Source of the DNA: Atractiella rhizophila | Taxonomy: Eukaryota | Assembly (NCBI GenBank): GCA_021432655.1 | Contig: MU271200.1 | Coordinates: 114,159-175,320, forward strand | Length of the DNA stretch: 61,162 bases | Direction: 5' to 3' | Shown here: positions 24,806-37,851 of the stretch, piece after piece | How positions within the stretch are numbered: the stretch's first letter is position 1 | How the letters are laid out: each line of letters starts with the position of its first letter | Position numbers and translations under genes: made by a program | The notes under the pieces: generated by a model | What the model was told of the DNA's origin: nothing | Seen by the model: only the letters and a program-made list of their open reading frames with translations | Databases searched by the model: none

Positions 24806-27800
24806 TTACGGTATAGTCGCTGCCCAAGCAACCAAATCTACGTCGGCGACCTCCATCTTCTTCATCCATCTATGCCTCTGCATGCCAGTCCATCATTAAC
24901 AATCATCTCCATGAATAAAGCATGAAAGAACAAACCAAAAGTTGTTTCGGTGTCGGTCTCCTATTTACATCCTTCCACAGACACGCGTCCACGAAATCCG
25001 AACACTCATCGGGGAACTTTCCAGACGGCAACTTCGGGGCAGGCTCGTTGACGATGTTCTGCAAGAGTTCGAGGATGGACATCTGCTGATTGCCTCCTTG
25101 TACTGAAACCCCAGTCACTCGCACACTGCGTCGCTTCTCCGCCTTCCCACCTGCCCCAATGCCCATCATACCCATCATACCCGCGGACGGTGGCATGAGC
25201 AGTGATGCTCTCTTTGCCCTCTGGTCCGCCTCTCGCTCAGCCGCTCGAAGGAGCGCCTCCCTCCTGTTCTCAGGCCGAGAGGGCGAGAGGGTTTTGTCCC
25301 GCTCGTGAGGGTTTTGTCCCGCTCGTGAGGGTTTTGTCCCGCTCGTCCTCAGACTCTGGCTCCTCTTCGAGGGTGTGAAGTGGCCGCTCCATGTCGCTGT
25401 CGTTATCGTCGTCGTCGTCCTCGTTGGCAGAAAAGGGAAAGTGACCGAGTGCGAGTTCGATGAGCGAGATACCGAGGGACCAGACGTCGGAACGGACGGT
25501 GTATTCTGAACCCTGAATACGCTCGGGCTGTTGAAATCCACCCAACTCCTAATAAGCTTGTGGTGTAAGGGAAAACGAGGACACGCACACTCATATAAGT
25601 GCTGGTGCCAACGAAAGTAGCAGCGATACTGTTGACCAATTCACCGCTCACTCCAAAATCGCAGATTTTGACCTGTCCTGCTGAATTGAAGAGGATATTG
25701 GCAGGCTTAACATCTGATATTCTATCAATTCCTGTCATGCATGGCAACAAAGGGAAGCAAACCTCTGTGAAGGATTCGATGTACGTCGTATAGGTACGTG
25801 AGTCCTGTGACAACCGCAAAAGCGATCTTTCCAAGGATGTCAACAGGAATGGGACCCGTCTTTTTGTAAATTCCGTCAAGAGATCCTTTGTCCATGAACT
25901 GTCGACGACATTCTGTCAATTCTTACTGAAAACCTAGAGACGGAAATAACGCACCTCCAAGCACATGCAGACGTGAGGATCTGCGACGTATGCTCCATAA
26001 AACGTAACAATGAATGGATGATCGCAATCTCTCAGAATCTGAAGCTCTCTAACGATCTGTTTTCTAACAGCAGGTTTCCCTTCAATATGCACCACTTTCC
26101 TAGCCATGATCTTCCCGCTCTGTTTATGAACCACTCTAGACACAGTCCCTCCATTTCCATGTCCCAGCTCCCCATTCTCGATCCCCTCAAAGTCTTCAGC
26201 TTTTACCTCCATCTTTCCTTGCACCTCGAGATCGGCTGTAGCGAGAGAGGACAAGGAGCTTTCTGGCGTTTTGGGAGTAGAAGCTGCTGAAGAGATGCTG
26301 CTGTGTCGAGAAGGAGGGGAATCCGAATTCGACAATGGGGCAGGACGACGCTTGTTCTTCGTCGTCGTTCCGCCGGGAGATGTAGTATGGACCTCGAGCA
26401 CGGATCCAGAGGAGATGCTCTCCTTCCTCGGCGCAGGAGCGAGGAGTGGAGGGGGGCGATGCTTTGCTTTTTGTTCCGAGATGGAACCTTCACGCGATCG
26501 GGAAGGGACGACAGGTTCTTGCGACTGATTCGACATGAGGGGAGGAGGACGATGTTTCGGTTTCGGCTGCTGGATCGGGATGCTGGGCTTGGATTGGGAT
26601 TGGGAGGTGGAGGTGGAGGAAGAAAGGGATTCCCTGCTCGCAGAAGAATTGAGTGATTCGCGTGACTTGTTACCGAACAGAGGTGGGGGACGATGCTTCG
26701 GTTTTGGTGCAGGTATGGGGAGCGTCTCGGACACGTGAGGGTCGGTGTAGGCAGAAAGATCAAAGTCCAAGGGGCTGTCATCGACTTCTACCTCGATCGC
26801 GGGCTTTGGACGCGAGGTGGCTGAGTTATTCAGAAGAGGCGAGGGTCGTCGTTTCACCTTTGGAGCAATATCGAGAGGAGCAACAACTGGCACGGGTTCC
26901 GATTCGAAGCCAACATTGCTTAGGTGATCAGAATCTGTTTCGACTTCCCCTACTTCGACACGGACGCTAGTGATTTTTGGCATCGCAGGCGAGTTAAGGA
27001 GAGGAGGTGGGCGAGATCGGGGTTTGGGAGATGGAGTGAAGCGAGACGGTTGAGGTTCGGGCTCCTCTTCCTCTAACACTGGTTGCGGAGGAGGGGTTTG
27101 AGAAGACATCGAATTCGAGAGGCCAAGAGCAGGGGGGCGACGCTTAGGTCTGGGGTCCGTGCTATTCATCGTCCGTTCTTCTCCGAAGCTAGGAACCACC
27201 TGGGTTTGATTTTGGGAGATGTTTGGTGCACTGTTCGAAGCTGAGAGAGGTGGAGGACGTTGCGGTCGCAGGCGAGTGGACGGCCTCCTCTCAGGAGCAT
27301 TTTGAAACTCCTCTGGCAGCCATCCGAGCTCTGACTGACTGAGTGAACTAGTCCGCGTCCCTGAACTTGAATAAGTCGCCGCTGAGCTTCCCCGACGGGA
27401 ATATTCTGCGGGAGAAGAGACTGAGGATGTAGACGTGGAAGAGGAAGAGGCGGAATGTTGATGTCTGTATCGACTGGAAGGAGATGGACCTGCACTGGTC
27501 AAAGCAGGCGAATATTCTTGTGCCACAGCCATACCTAAGCCGCCGCCAGAAACGAAACCCTTTTTGCTGCCGAGCGAATCTCCACTCTCGCTCCTCTCCC
27601 TCATCCCAATCGAATAAGCTGAAGAAGGCTCGACTCTACCTTGGCTAGTCGTCGGTCGACTGCCTGATCCTCCCAAACTTCTTACACTCGATACACTCCC
27701 TTCTCTGCTCCTGCCGCCATATCCAACGCCTGAACCGACACCTAAGCCACCATATTCTCCTGCAGCGTAACCTTGAGGTATGGCGGGCAAATCCTTCGGT

Positions 27801-27931
27801 TGAGAAGAGGGTGAGGTATGAAAATCGGCTTGAGGCTGGTAGTCAACGAGGGTGCCAGGTTTTGCAGCACCATTGGCGAGCGAGATTCCCAGCGCCTTCG
27901 CATTCTTGTTCTTTTTCGATCCAAAAAGCAT
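24806..27931 (-). CDS. STE7: MAP kinase kinase, Ste7/Fuz7 type, with ~570-aa Ser/Pro-rich N-terminal extension; apparent frameshift at 25287-25346
   Basis: Kinase motifs [83 protein letters not shown] and [15 protein letters not shown]. The last exon is [23 protein letters not shown]. Confidence 0.9.
25287..25346. repeat. 20-bp unit x3 (gagggttttgtcccgctcgt) inside a MAPKK exon
   Basis: Three exact contiguous copies. One copy restores the frame [14 protein letters not shown]. Confidence 0.95.
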
Positions 27932-28458
27932 CTTCTACAGCACTTCTAATCGTGATAGGGCGAGTTAGGGGGAAGGGACGAAGTAGGATGGTGGTCGTAA
28001 AGAAGATGGCTTTGACGCTTTGGCCTTCACTTAAAACATGTTTGATCCCGCCCCACTGCACTGTATTCCCACGTGCCGAAACACAGATCCAAGGAAACAG
28101 AGCGTTGCAACAAAGCACAAGGAACGCAACAAGACACAAGTTCAAGGATATCGGAGGAAATGCTCCAAAACGCGACTCAAGCGTTGCTGTAAGGAATGTC
28201 GTGCTATCTTCCTCGTCGCAACACGTTATCATTGCCATGCCACGCATCCCGGCATCCACTTGACACTGCAACAGCATGATCGGCTCAATCTCGTTACAAT
28301 TTCCCTTCTTCGGTGATTCTTCTACATACAGCGGTGTCTTGCTTTCTTTTGATCTAGTTTCTCTGGATTCTTGTGATAAAAACGTGTAGATGGATCTCTG
28401 CGGTCTATGCAGTCGTCTATTGCCCCCAATTGAGAAGGCGAAATGTGAATCGTGACCA

Positions 28459-29752
28459 TTATTCAGACTCGTGGAAGACGACCATGGGCTTGAGAAAGGA
28501 TTCGGTACAGTTCCTATGCCTTTCCTTGATGTTATCGATTTCTTGAACCTCCTGGAAATACGTAATGACGATCAGCAGAAGTATTTCTCCCTGTGTCTAA
28601 AGGCTGGCAAGACGAAGAAGTCCAACATACCTCATCGGTGAGTTCAAAATCAAGAGACTCAAAGTTTCCCTTAATCCTACTTTCCGTCACGCTCTTCGGA
28701 AGAACCGAGTGTCCCTTCTTGATACCCCACGCGAGGGAGATGACGTTCGGGTCCTTCCCCCTCTTCTCCGCTATCTTCTTGATGATCGGATTCTCAGCGA
28801 CAGGGGAGTCTTGACCGCCAAGAGGCGAGTAGGCGGAGGGGTGGATGCCTTTGGAGCGGAGGAAGGCCACAAGCTTGGGTTGTGGGAGGTAGGGGTGGAA
28901 TTCGCCTGAACATCGGATGTTAGTCGTTTGTGGAGGGCGGGAACGGAAGGGGTACAAACATTGGTTCACGGCAGGCACAATGGTGGTCGTCTCAGCAGAC
29001 AAAAGCTTGGTCAAGTTGGGGATGTCGAAGTTGGATATTCCCAGAGAACGGACTTTGCCTGTCTCTGCAATCTTCTGCATTTTAGCTTTCATAACGCCTC
29101 AGCTTCTTCGCGATGAAGAAAGAAGAAAAGAGCGTACCCCAAGTCTCGACGAAATCTTCGGAAAGAGTTCCATCAGGAGCTTTGCCGATGGGCCAGTGCA
29201 TGAGATAACTACGCGTCAAATCAGTATCACATAGATCAATGCTGAAAGGAACACCAGAGGACTCACAGATCCAAGTAATCGACCTGTAGATTCTTCAAGC
29301 TCTCCTCCAAAGCCTCGTTGACCCTATGATGATCAGGATTGTTCAGCTTGGTCGTGAGGAAGATTTGGTCGCGAGGGACGCCAGAATTCTTGATGCCCTC
29401 TCCAACCGCCTTCTCGTTCCCGTACGCCATGGCAGTGTCTATGAGGAACCGAGCGCGTCAGATATCGCGCAATCAAAGGGAAGAAGAGAAGCTGACCGAT
29501 ATGCCTGTAACCCACTAGATACATGTTATCAGGTCTCATTCTGAAACAGAGAAAAGCCGAACCCTTCAACGCGACCTCGACCGCTTTCGTGACCTCCTCA
29601 GGCTTCGATCTCCAGGTGCCGAGAGCCACTGTTCACGGTATCGCGACAAAAATCACTGATCAGCTCACTGATCATTGGCAGAGAAAAGGGAAAAACAAAC
29701 CGGCAGGCATGATGTGTCCCGTGTTGAGCGTGATGGTAGCCTTGTTAGCCAT
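28459..29752 (-). CDS. Aldo-keto reductase, GCY1/YPR1-like
   Basis: ALGTWRS, GYRHIDTAMAYGNEKAVGEGIK, IFLTTKL, YLMHWP, GKVRSLGISNF, AYSPLG, SVLPKSVTESRIKGN. Confidence 0.93.
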
Positions 29753-30176
29753 TTTTGAGTACTGCTTGAGGTTTCTGAGGAGAGACAGGTTGGATATCTG
29801 CTAGCGATGAGCCCGACAGAGGATGAAGGTGGTCGAAAATCAATCTGAAAAATTTGGCGTGACGTCGATCCGTACACTCTTCCCGCTGTGGTACGTGCAC
29901 GTGCATCTCGATTACTGAAAATAAAACGGGATGGAGCCAGGTGGAGCTCTTGTGATAAAGCTTTCAGGAGCTCTCAACGATGTTCGTCTTTACTACATTA
30001 TTAGACGGGTTCTTTAAGTTCACTTCAGGTCTTCTCCATTTTGCTTCATCGCAGTCGGTAATTCTAATCTCCCGCTTGTCCCCAGCCGCTGATTTTGGTT
30101 CAAAAGGCGAGCAAGAGTGAGAGAAGACACAGACCCATCAAGTTGAATAAAAAAGGCACAGATTGAGCTTACAGTC

Positions 30177-32040
30177 ATGGCAGCACCACCTCCTCCACAA
30201 TCACCTCTTGCTCGTTACCGAGTGCTTTCTCCAAAATGTGGCCTGAGAGTCTCACCATTGCAACTTGGAGGTGAGCGCCACGACCAATGATTGTTACATG
30301 AGATTGATAAAGAGGTAGCAATGTCATTGGGACAAAAATGGGCCTTGTGAGCTTCGTACGCCAGATGTGGTACGGGAGATGTTGAGAGCTGCCTCTAGCA
30401 TGGGGACAATGACAAAGGAAGCGAGTTTTGAATTGCTGGATGAATACTATAAACTTGGAGGTGAGCTTCCGTTTGATGTTCATGTCATGGAACATTCTAA
30501 AATAATTTGTTCTTTAGGCAATTTCAGTAAGCAAGTGCCTGTCTCTCCGCCTACTGCCTTAACATTTCTGAAGTTGATACGGCCAACAACTACCATGTGC
30601 GCATTTTAGTTCCTAAGTAGATATGGAACTGAAGGTGAGATAGGAAGGCGAAAGCGAGCAATGGATCGGAGAATGGATGAAGAAAAATGGGAACAGGGAA
30701 GATATGGTGATCGCGACGAAGTACACATCTTTGCTCGAGTCCGCAAAGTCGTCGCACAAGGCCAACTATATTGGTAACGGCTCTAAATCTCTGCGTCGTT
30801 CGTGAGTGCAAGCTATCATACTGTGGTCATGGCTGATACAGAGGACAGTGTGGAGAAGTCGTTAGAAAATCTCCAAACGCACTATATTGACTTGTTGTAC
30901 CTCCACTGGTAGTAGATCACGCTGCCTGCTAAACGCGGTGCTGATGAGAAGGGTAGGTGGGACTACACCACGTCAATTGAGGAAGTCATGCAGAGCCTTA
31001 ATGTGCTGGTAACCCAAGGTAAAGTGCTATACCTTGGAGTAAGCGATGCACCAGCATGGATCGTGAGCAAAGGTAGGCTATCCGCAAAACTTTCCAGCGA
31101 CTGGCAGTTGTTCAAAGTAATCTTAGCCAACCAGTATGCTCGCGATCATGGTCTGGCCCAATTCGTGGTGTATCAAGGTCAGTGTCATTTGCAGTCTGAC
31201 GGAGCCTGACTGAGTGATCAATAATTTGTAGGAAAATGGTCCACTCTTGAACGCGATTTGGAGACTGAGTGCATCCCCATGTCTCTTGATGAGGGGATGG
31301 CCATTGCTCGTACGCTTTGGCTAACAAAACAACAGGTAGCTCACAATCAATGGTAGCATATGGTGTGCTTGGTTCTGGGAAGTTCCAATCGAAAGCCGTA
31401 AGTCTTCGCAATCAAGGCATACCGTAATTTACAATAGGGATTAAGGCTATTGAGAAACGCGAGAAGGAAGGGGAGGGACTCAGGACTTGGATAGGTCGCA
31501 ACAAACAGGATTCCAAAGAAGTGAGCTGATTTGCCAGTCACCCGTCCGAAAGCTCTTTGCTGATAATCCTACAAGATCGAAATGTCCAACGTTTTGGAAA
31601 ATATTGGAAATGAGCTAGGTGGTGCCAGCGTAACAGCAGTGGCTCTTGCATACACGCTCCAGAAGTATCCATATGTCTTCCCCATCATCGGTAAGTCACA
31701 AAAAACCAGTAGCTAGCAAACTAACGCCTGCACAGGAGGACGGAAGGTTGCCCATCTCCACGACAACCTCAAAGCTCTAGAAATTCAACTTGAGCCTCGA
31801 CATTTCGAAAGCCTGGAGAAGGTTTTGGAACACAGATGGGGATTTCCTGTAAGGGTTCTTTGTCCCTTGGTCACGCTGACGCTTGCTTCTCAGTACACCT
31901 ACTTTGGACGTCGACCAGGCGACAATTTCTTCATGAAGGCTTCTGGCCATTATGACTTTGTCAGCCCTCAGTCCGTAAGTCTACCGCTCATGATTGGCCT
32001 CAGCTGATTTGAATGTCAGGCTATACTTCCAGCAAAGTAG
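30177..32040 (+). CDS. Aryl-alcohol dehydrogenase-like aldo-keto reductase (AAD/NorA type), many short exons
   Basis: [80 protein letters not shown]. The product ends ...ILPAK*. Confidence 0.92.
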
Positions 32041-32561
32041 CGCACCTTCCAACGACATCGTTCGGATAGTGAGAGAAGAGGTAGTTCATTCAGATTCACA
32101 ATCGATCTCGTCAGAAACATACGTGAAATTCAACACCTTTCACATTAGCTGAACCCACAGTCTTGACTGCCACCAGCTTTGATAGCTTTTAATGTCACCA
32201 CCTCATGCTTCTGACATCCTCGCAGCATCACTCAAAAATGCCTCACAATAAATACCTCGCTCACACCCACAGCATTCCCTCTGCTGTACACCATGTGTAA
32301 GCCAAAAGTTCTCAGGCCGTGTCGTTATAACACACCAATGTTGCCACCTGAGACGCTGGTTAACTAGCATCCCCTTTCCTCTTCCTGCTTGTTTGTGATC
32401 CACCTGCGTTCAACTTGTCTGGTATCTGATGTCCGCATTTCGAGTGAGCGAAAATTTTGCTTCGGTTCCGTGAAGGTGAGTTGAACGAACGACGGAAGTT
32501 GGGGCAACAGCGGTCAGAGACATCTTCGCCACTTGGACTCTCCCAGTCGAATCTCTCCAGC

Positions 32562-34094
32562 ATGTCTACAGCAGTTGCAGAAGGCGCAGGAGACCGTTCG
32601 CACTTTACCTGCTTGAAGGGGTATGATGAATTGATGGATTTCGCTGGGGAATAGAGAATGTGCAGATTTGGAAAATCAAGAAGTTGGTGAAGAGCTTGGA
32701 GGCCGCTAGGGGTGCGGGAACTAGCATGATCAGCTTGATCATCCCTCCAAGAGCTCAAATCAGTCAAATTGCAAACATGTTGACCCAGGAGTGTGAGTTT
32801 CCCGATTTTTTTGTTGAATGGGCGGCGTTATTTATTGTGGTATTATTGAAGTTGGAACGGCATCCAACATCAAATCCCGAGTTAATCGTCTTTCTGTCCT
32901 GGCTGCTATTACATCGACGCAACACAGGCTCAAATTGTACAATAAAGTCCCTCCCAATGGTTTGATCATTTATTGTGGGACGATCTTGACCGATGAAGGC
33001 AAGGAAAAGAAGGGTAAGTCGTTCTTTGCCTCAAGTAAACTGATGCTGAAGGCGGTCACAGTCAACTTTGACTTTGAACCGTTCAAGCCAATCAATACGT
33101 CTCTCTACCTCTGTGACAACAAATTCCACACGGAACCCCTGTCTGAATTGCTCGAATCCGACACCAAATTCGGTTTCATCGTGATGGACGGAAATGGCTC
33201 CTTATTCGGTACTGTTGCAGGCAATACACGAGAAGTCATCCACAAATTTTCTGTCGATCTTCCCAAGAAGCACGGACGAGGTGGACAGTCTGCCCTTCGT
33301 TTCTCTCGTCTCAGAGAGGAGAAGCGGCACAATTACGTCCGGAAGGTCGCAGAATTGGCTGTCCAACATTTCATCACTAATGACAAAGTCAATGTCCAAG
33401 GTCTCATTCTTGCTGGATCGGCTGATTTCAAGACGGAACTGAATCAGAGCGATATGTTCGATCAGAGGTTGGCAGCGAAGGTCATCAAAGTGGTCGATGT
33501 CAGTTATGGAGGGGAAAATGGTTTTAACCAGGCCATCGACCTCGCATCAGAAAGCTTGAGCAACGTCAAGGTCAGCACATCTGCTATTATTCAGAGGCAG
33601 GCCTAGACTGACGTCGTGGCGCAGTTTGTCCAAGAGAAGAAACTGATCCAGAAATTCTTTGACGAGATTTCGATGGACACCGGAAAGTACTGCTTCGGCG
33701 TGGAAGATACCTTACGAGGTCTTGAACTTGGAGCTGTCGAAACCCTCATCGTATGGGAGAACCTTGATGTCACTCGTCATGTTCTTCGAGCGTCGACGGG
33801 GGAGGAAATTGTCATCTACACCAGTCCTCCACCTGCCGCTGCCAACAATGCGAATGTTGTTGGAGCTGTCAACGAGAAAATCTCCGCGAAGGACAAGGAG
33901 AAGTTCATCGATAAGGTGACTAACCTGGAGATGGAGCAGGCTCAGGAGCCTCAGAGTTTGTTGGTCAGTCTTCCGGTCAGCCCAGAAGCGTTGCGCGAAC
34001 TGAAGGATTGTGCAGGAATGGTTTGCAGAGAAGTACACCGATTTTGGAGCTCAGCTCGAGTTCGTCACGAACAAGTCTCAGGAAGGATCGCAGT
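32562..34094 (+). CDS. SUP45: eRF1 copy truncated at the duplication junction
   Basis: [15 protein letters not shown] and GGQ motifs are present. The frame breaks after [12 protein letters not shown]. Confidence 0.85.
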
Positions 34095-34914
34095 AATGAT
34101 TTGTAGGAAAATGGTCCACTCTTGAACGCGATTTGGAGACTGAGTGCATCCCCATGTCTCTTGATGAGGGGATGGCCATTGCTCGTACGTTTTAGCTAAG
34201 AAAACAACAGGAAGCTCACAATCAATGGCAGCCTATGGTGTGCTTGGTTCTGGGAAGTTCCAATCCAAAGCCGTAAGTCTTCACAATTAAGGCATACCGT
34301 AATTTAGATAAGGATTAAGGCTCTCGAGAAACGCGAGAAGGAAGGGGAGGGACTCAGGACTTGGATAGGTCGCAACAAACAGGATTCCAAAGAAGTGAGC
34401 TGATTTGCCAGTCACACGTCCGAAAGCTCTTTGCTAATAATCCTATAAGATCGAAATGTCCAACGTTTTGGAAAATATTGGAAATGAGCTAGGTGGTGCC
34501 AGTGTGACAGCGGTAGCTCTTGCATACACGCTCCAGAAGTATCCATATGTCTTCCCCATCATCGGTAAGTCACAAAAAACCAGTAGCTAGCAAACTAACG
34601 CCTGCACAGGAGGACGGAAGGTTGCCCATCTCCACGACAACCTCAAAGCTCTAGAAATTCAACTTGAGCCTCGACATTTCGAAAGCCTGGAGAAGGTTTT
34701 GGAACACAGATGGGGATTTCCTGTAAGGGTTCTTTGTCCCTTGGTCACGCTGACGCTTGCTTCTCAGTACACCTACTTTGGACGTCGACCAGGCGACAAT
34801 TTCTTCATGAAGGCTTCTGGCCATTATGACTTTGTCAGCCCTCAGTCCGTAAGTCTACCGCTCATGATTGGCCTCAGCTGATTTGAATGTCAGGCTATAC
34901 TTCCAGCAAAGTAG
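34095..34914 (+). pseudogene. Duplicate 3' half of the AAD gene (no 5' part)
   Basis: Near-identical to 31220-32040. Confidence 0.75.
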
Positions 34915-35436
34915 CGCATCCTTCAACGACATCATTCGGATAGTGAGAGAAGAGGTGGTAGTTCATTCAAATTCACAATCGATCTCCTCAGAAACATACG
35001 TGAAATTCAACACCTTTCACATTAGCTGAACCCACAGTCTTGACTGTCACCAAGTTTGATAGCTTTAATGTCACCACCTCATGCTTCCGATGTCGTCGCA
35101 GCATCACTTAAAAAAATGCCTCAGGACAAATACCTCGCTCACCCACAGCATTCCCTCTGCTGTACACCATGCGGAAGCCAAAAGTTCTCAGGCCGTGTCG
35201 TTATAACACACCAATGTTGCCACCTGAGACGCTGGTTAACTAGCATCCCCTTCCTCTTCCTGCTTGTTTGTGATCCACTTGCGTTCAACTTCTCTGGTAT
35301 CTGATGTCCGCATTTCGAGTGAGCGAAAATTTTGCTTCGGTTCCGTGAAGGTGAGTTGAACGAACGACGGAAGTTGGGGCAACAGCGCTCAGAGACATCT
35401 TCGCCACTTGGACTCTCCCAGTCGAATCTCTCCAGC

Positions 35437-37140
35437 ATGTCCACAGCAGTTGCAGAAGGCGCAGGAGACCGTTCGCACTTTACCTGCTTGAAGGGGTATG
35501 ATGAATTGATGGATTTCGCTGGGGAATAGAGAATGTGCAGATTTGGAAAATCAAGAAGTTGGTGAAGAGCTTGGAGGCCGCTAGGGGTGCGGGAACTAGC
35601 ATGATCAGCTTGATCATCCCTCCAAGAGCTCAAATCAGTCAAATTGCAAACATGTTAACCCAGGAATGTGAGTTTCCCGATTTTTTTTGTTAAATAGGCG
35701 GCGTTATTTATTGTGGTATGATTGAAGTCGGAACGGCATCCAACATTAAATCCCGAGTTAATCGTCTTTCTGTCCTCGCCGCTATTACATCTACGCAACA
35801 CAGGCTCAAATTGTACAACAAAGTCCCTCCCAATGGTTTGATCATTTATTGTGGAACGATCTTGACCGATGAAGGCAAGGAAAAGAAGGGTGAGTCGTTT
35901 CTTGCCTCAAGTAAACTGATGCTGAAGGCGGTCACAGTCAACTTTGACTTTGAACCGTTCAAGCCAATCAATACGTCTCTCTACCTCTGTGACAACAAAT
36001 TCCACACGGAACCCCTGTCTGAATTGCTCGAATCCGACACTAAATTCGGTTTCATCGTGATGGACGGAAATGGCTCCTTATTCGGTACTGTTGCCGGCAA
36101 TACACGAGAAGTCATCCACAAATTTTCTGTCGATCTTCCCAAGAAGCACGGACGAGGTGGACAGTCTGCCCTTCGTTTCTCTCGTCTCAGAGAGGAGAAG
36201 CGGCACAATTACGTCCGGAAGGTCGCAGAATTGGCTGTCCAACATTTCATCACTAATGACAAAGTCAATGTCCAAGGTCTCATTCTTGCTGGATCGGCTG
36301 ATTTCAAGACGGAACTGAATCAGAGCGATATGTTCGATCAGAGGTTGGCAGCGAAGGTCATCAAAGTGGTCGATGTCAGTTATGGAGGGGAAAATGGTTT
36401 TAACCAGGCCATCGACCTCGCATCAGAAAGCTTGAGCAACGTCAAGGTCAGCACATCTGCTATTATTCAGAGGCAGGCCTAGACTGACGTCGCGGCGCAG
36501 TTTGTCCAAGAGAAGAAACTGATCCAGAAATACTTTGACGAGATTTCCATGGACACCGGAAAGTACTGCTTCGGCGTGGAAGATACCTTACGAGGTCTTG
36601 AACTTGGAGCTGTCGAAACCCTCATCGTATGGGAGAACTTGGATGTCACTCGTCATGTTCTTCGAGCGTCGACGGGGGAGGAAATTGTCATCTACACCAG
36701 TCCTCCACCTGCCGCTGCCAACAATGCGAATGTTGTTGGAGCTGTCAACGAGAAAATCTCCGCGAAGGACAAGGAGAAGTTCATCGATAAGGTGACTAAC
36801 CTGGAGATGGAGCAGGCTCAGGAGCCTCAGAGTTTGTTGGTCAGTCTTCCGGTCAGCCCAGAAGCGTTGCGCGAACTGAAGGATTGTGCAGGAATGGTTT
36901 GCAGAGAAGTACACCGATTTTGGAGCTCAGCTCGAGTTCGTCACGAACAAGTCTCAGGAAGGATCGCAGTTCGTGAAAGGCTTCGGTGGCATTGGAGGAC
37001 TCTTACGATACAAGGTTGATTTCGGACAGATCGCAGATGCTCTGGACGAAGAAGCGGTTTGTGTTCAGACTTCATTTCTTGAATCCAACCTGACATGGTC
37101 GATGGTGCAGGATGAATACTACGATTCGGATGAAGATTGA
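35437..37140 (+). CDS. SUP45: Eukaryotic peptide chain release factor 1 (complete)
   Basis: [57 protein letters not shown], acidic tail DEYYDSDED*. Confidence 0.97.
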
Positions 37141-37851
37141 CAACCGACATGTGAACCTCTAAGCGGGAGCTACGCTAGAGAGGTTCCGTCGAACGGCAGG
37201 ACGGAGCCTGAAGCCCTTCAGCAAAGACGATCAGCGAATGTTGTTGTACATCCCTCTTGCAGGACGTCTTCCAACACTAGGGCAGCTAGCATTCATGCTT
37301 CCAAGCACAACTTCAAAGTGAATACCATCATTAGCAACTGAATCTCAAGGATGTTTATAGAATTGACGAGTTCAAAGCAGAGCGTGAAGTGGAATGATTT
37401 TGCTGACGTTGCAAGTCTCATTTAACATTCAACCCGTCCATCTTTTGTGCATGTACACAATCTAACTATCTAGTAATGCTCATCTTCCAGCTTTTGAAAT
37501 TCGTCCTAGATTCTAACGGCGTGTACGTTACCACTGGTAGTCTAGAAATCCACTCCGTTGAATTAGAGATAGCACCGCCATCGCTGGTTGAGCAGCATGT
37601 AACATTGCAGTAAGACACAGAAACATCTTGAGACTGATAAACATCTGGATGCTGTGATAAAGCAAATCATGTGGGTATTGAGGGTGGTGCCAAGTCCGTT
37701 CTTTTATACATTTTGTGCCGAAACAAGACGACGGATTAGCTAAGAGTGTAGGTAGATCTTTGGTAGGACGAGGCGAGACAGGGGGCTTATGGAGCAAGAA
37801 GAGGCGTTCGTCAATGTATAGTCGAAACTCGAACGAAAAAGTGTCGTCTAG

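Larger units (their letters stand above)
31220..36970. repeat. ~2.87-kb tandem duplication (31220-34094 / 34095-36970): AAD 3' half plus most of eRF1
   Basis: At the junction ggatcgcagt|aatgatttgtagg (34094/34095) the sequence jumps from the eRF1 exon back into an AAD intron. The copies differ by scattered SNPs. Confidence 0.95.

Noticed and set aside
25287..25346. Short direct repeats as a CRISPR-like array
   Set aside because: The units are contiguous with no spacers and sit inside a eukaryotic kinase exon.
32562..34125. Second eRF1 with a novel C-terminus, suggesting altered stop-codon recognition
   Set aside because: The NIKS, YxCxxxF and GGQ motifs are canonical and near-identical to the full copy. 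The truncation coincides with a duplication junction that has the assembly signature.
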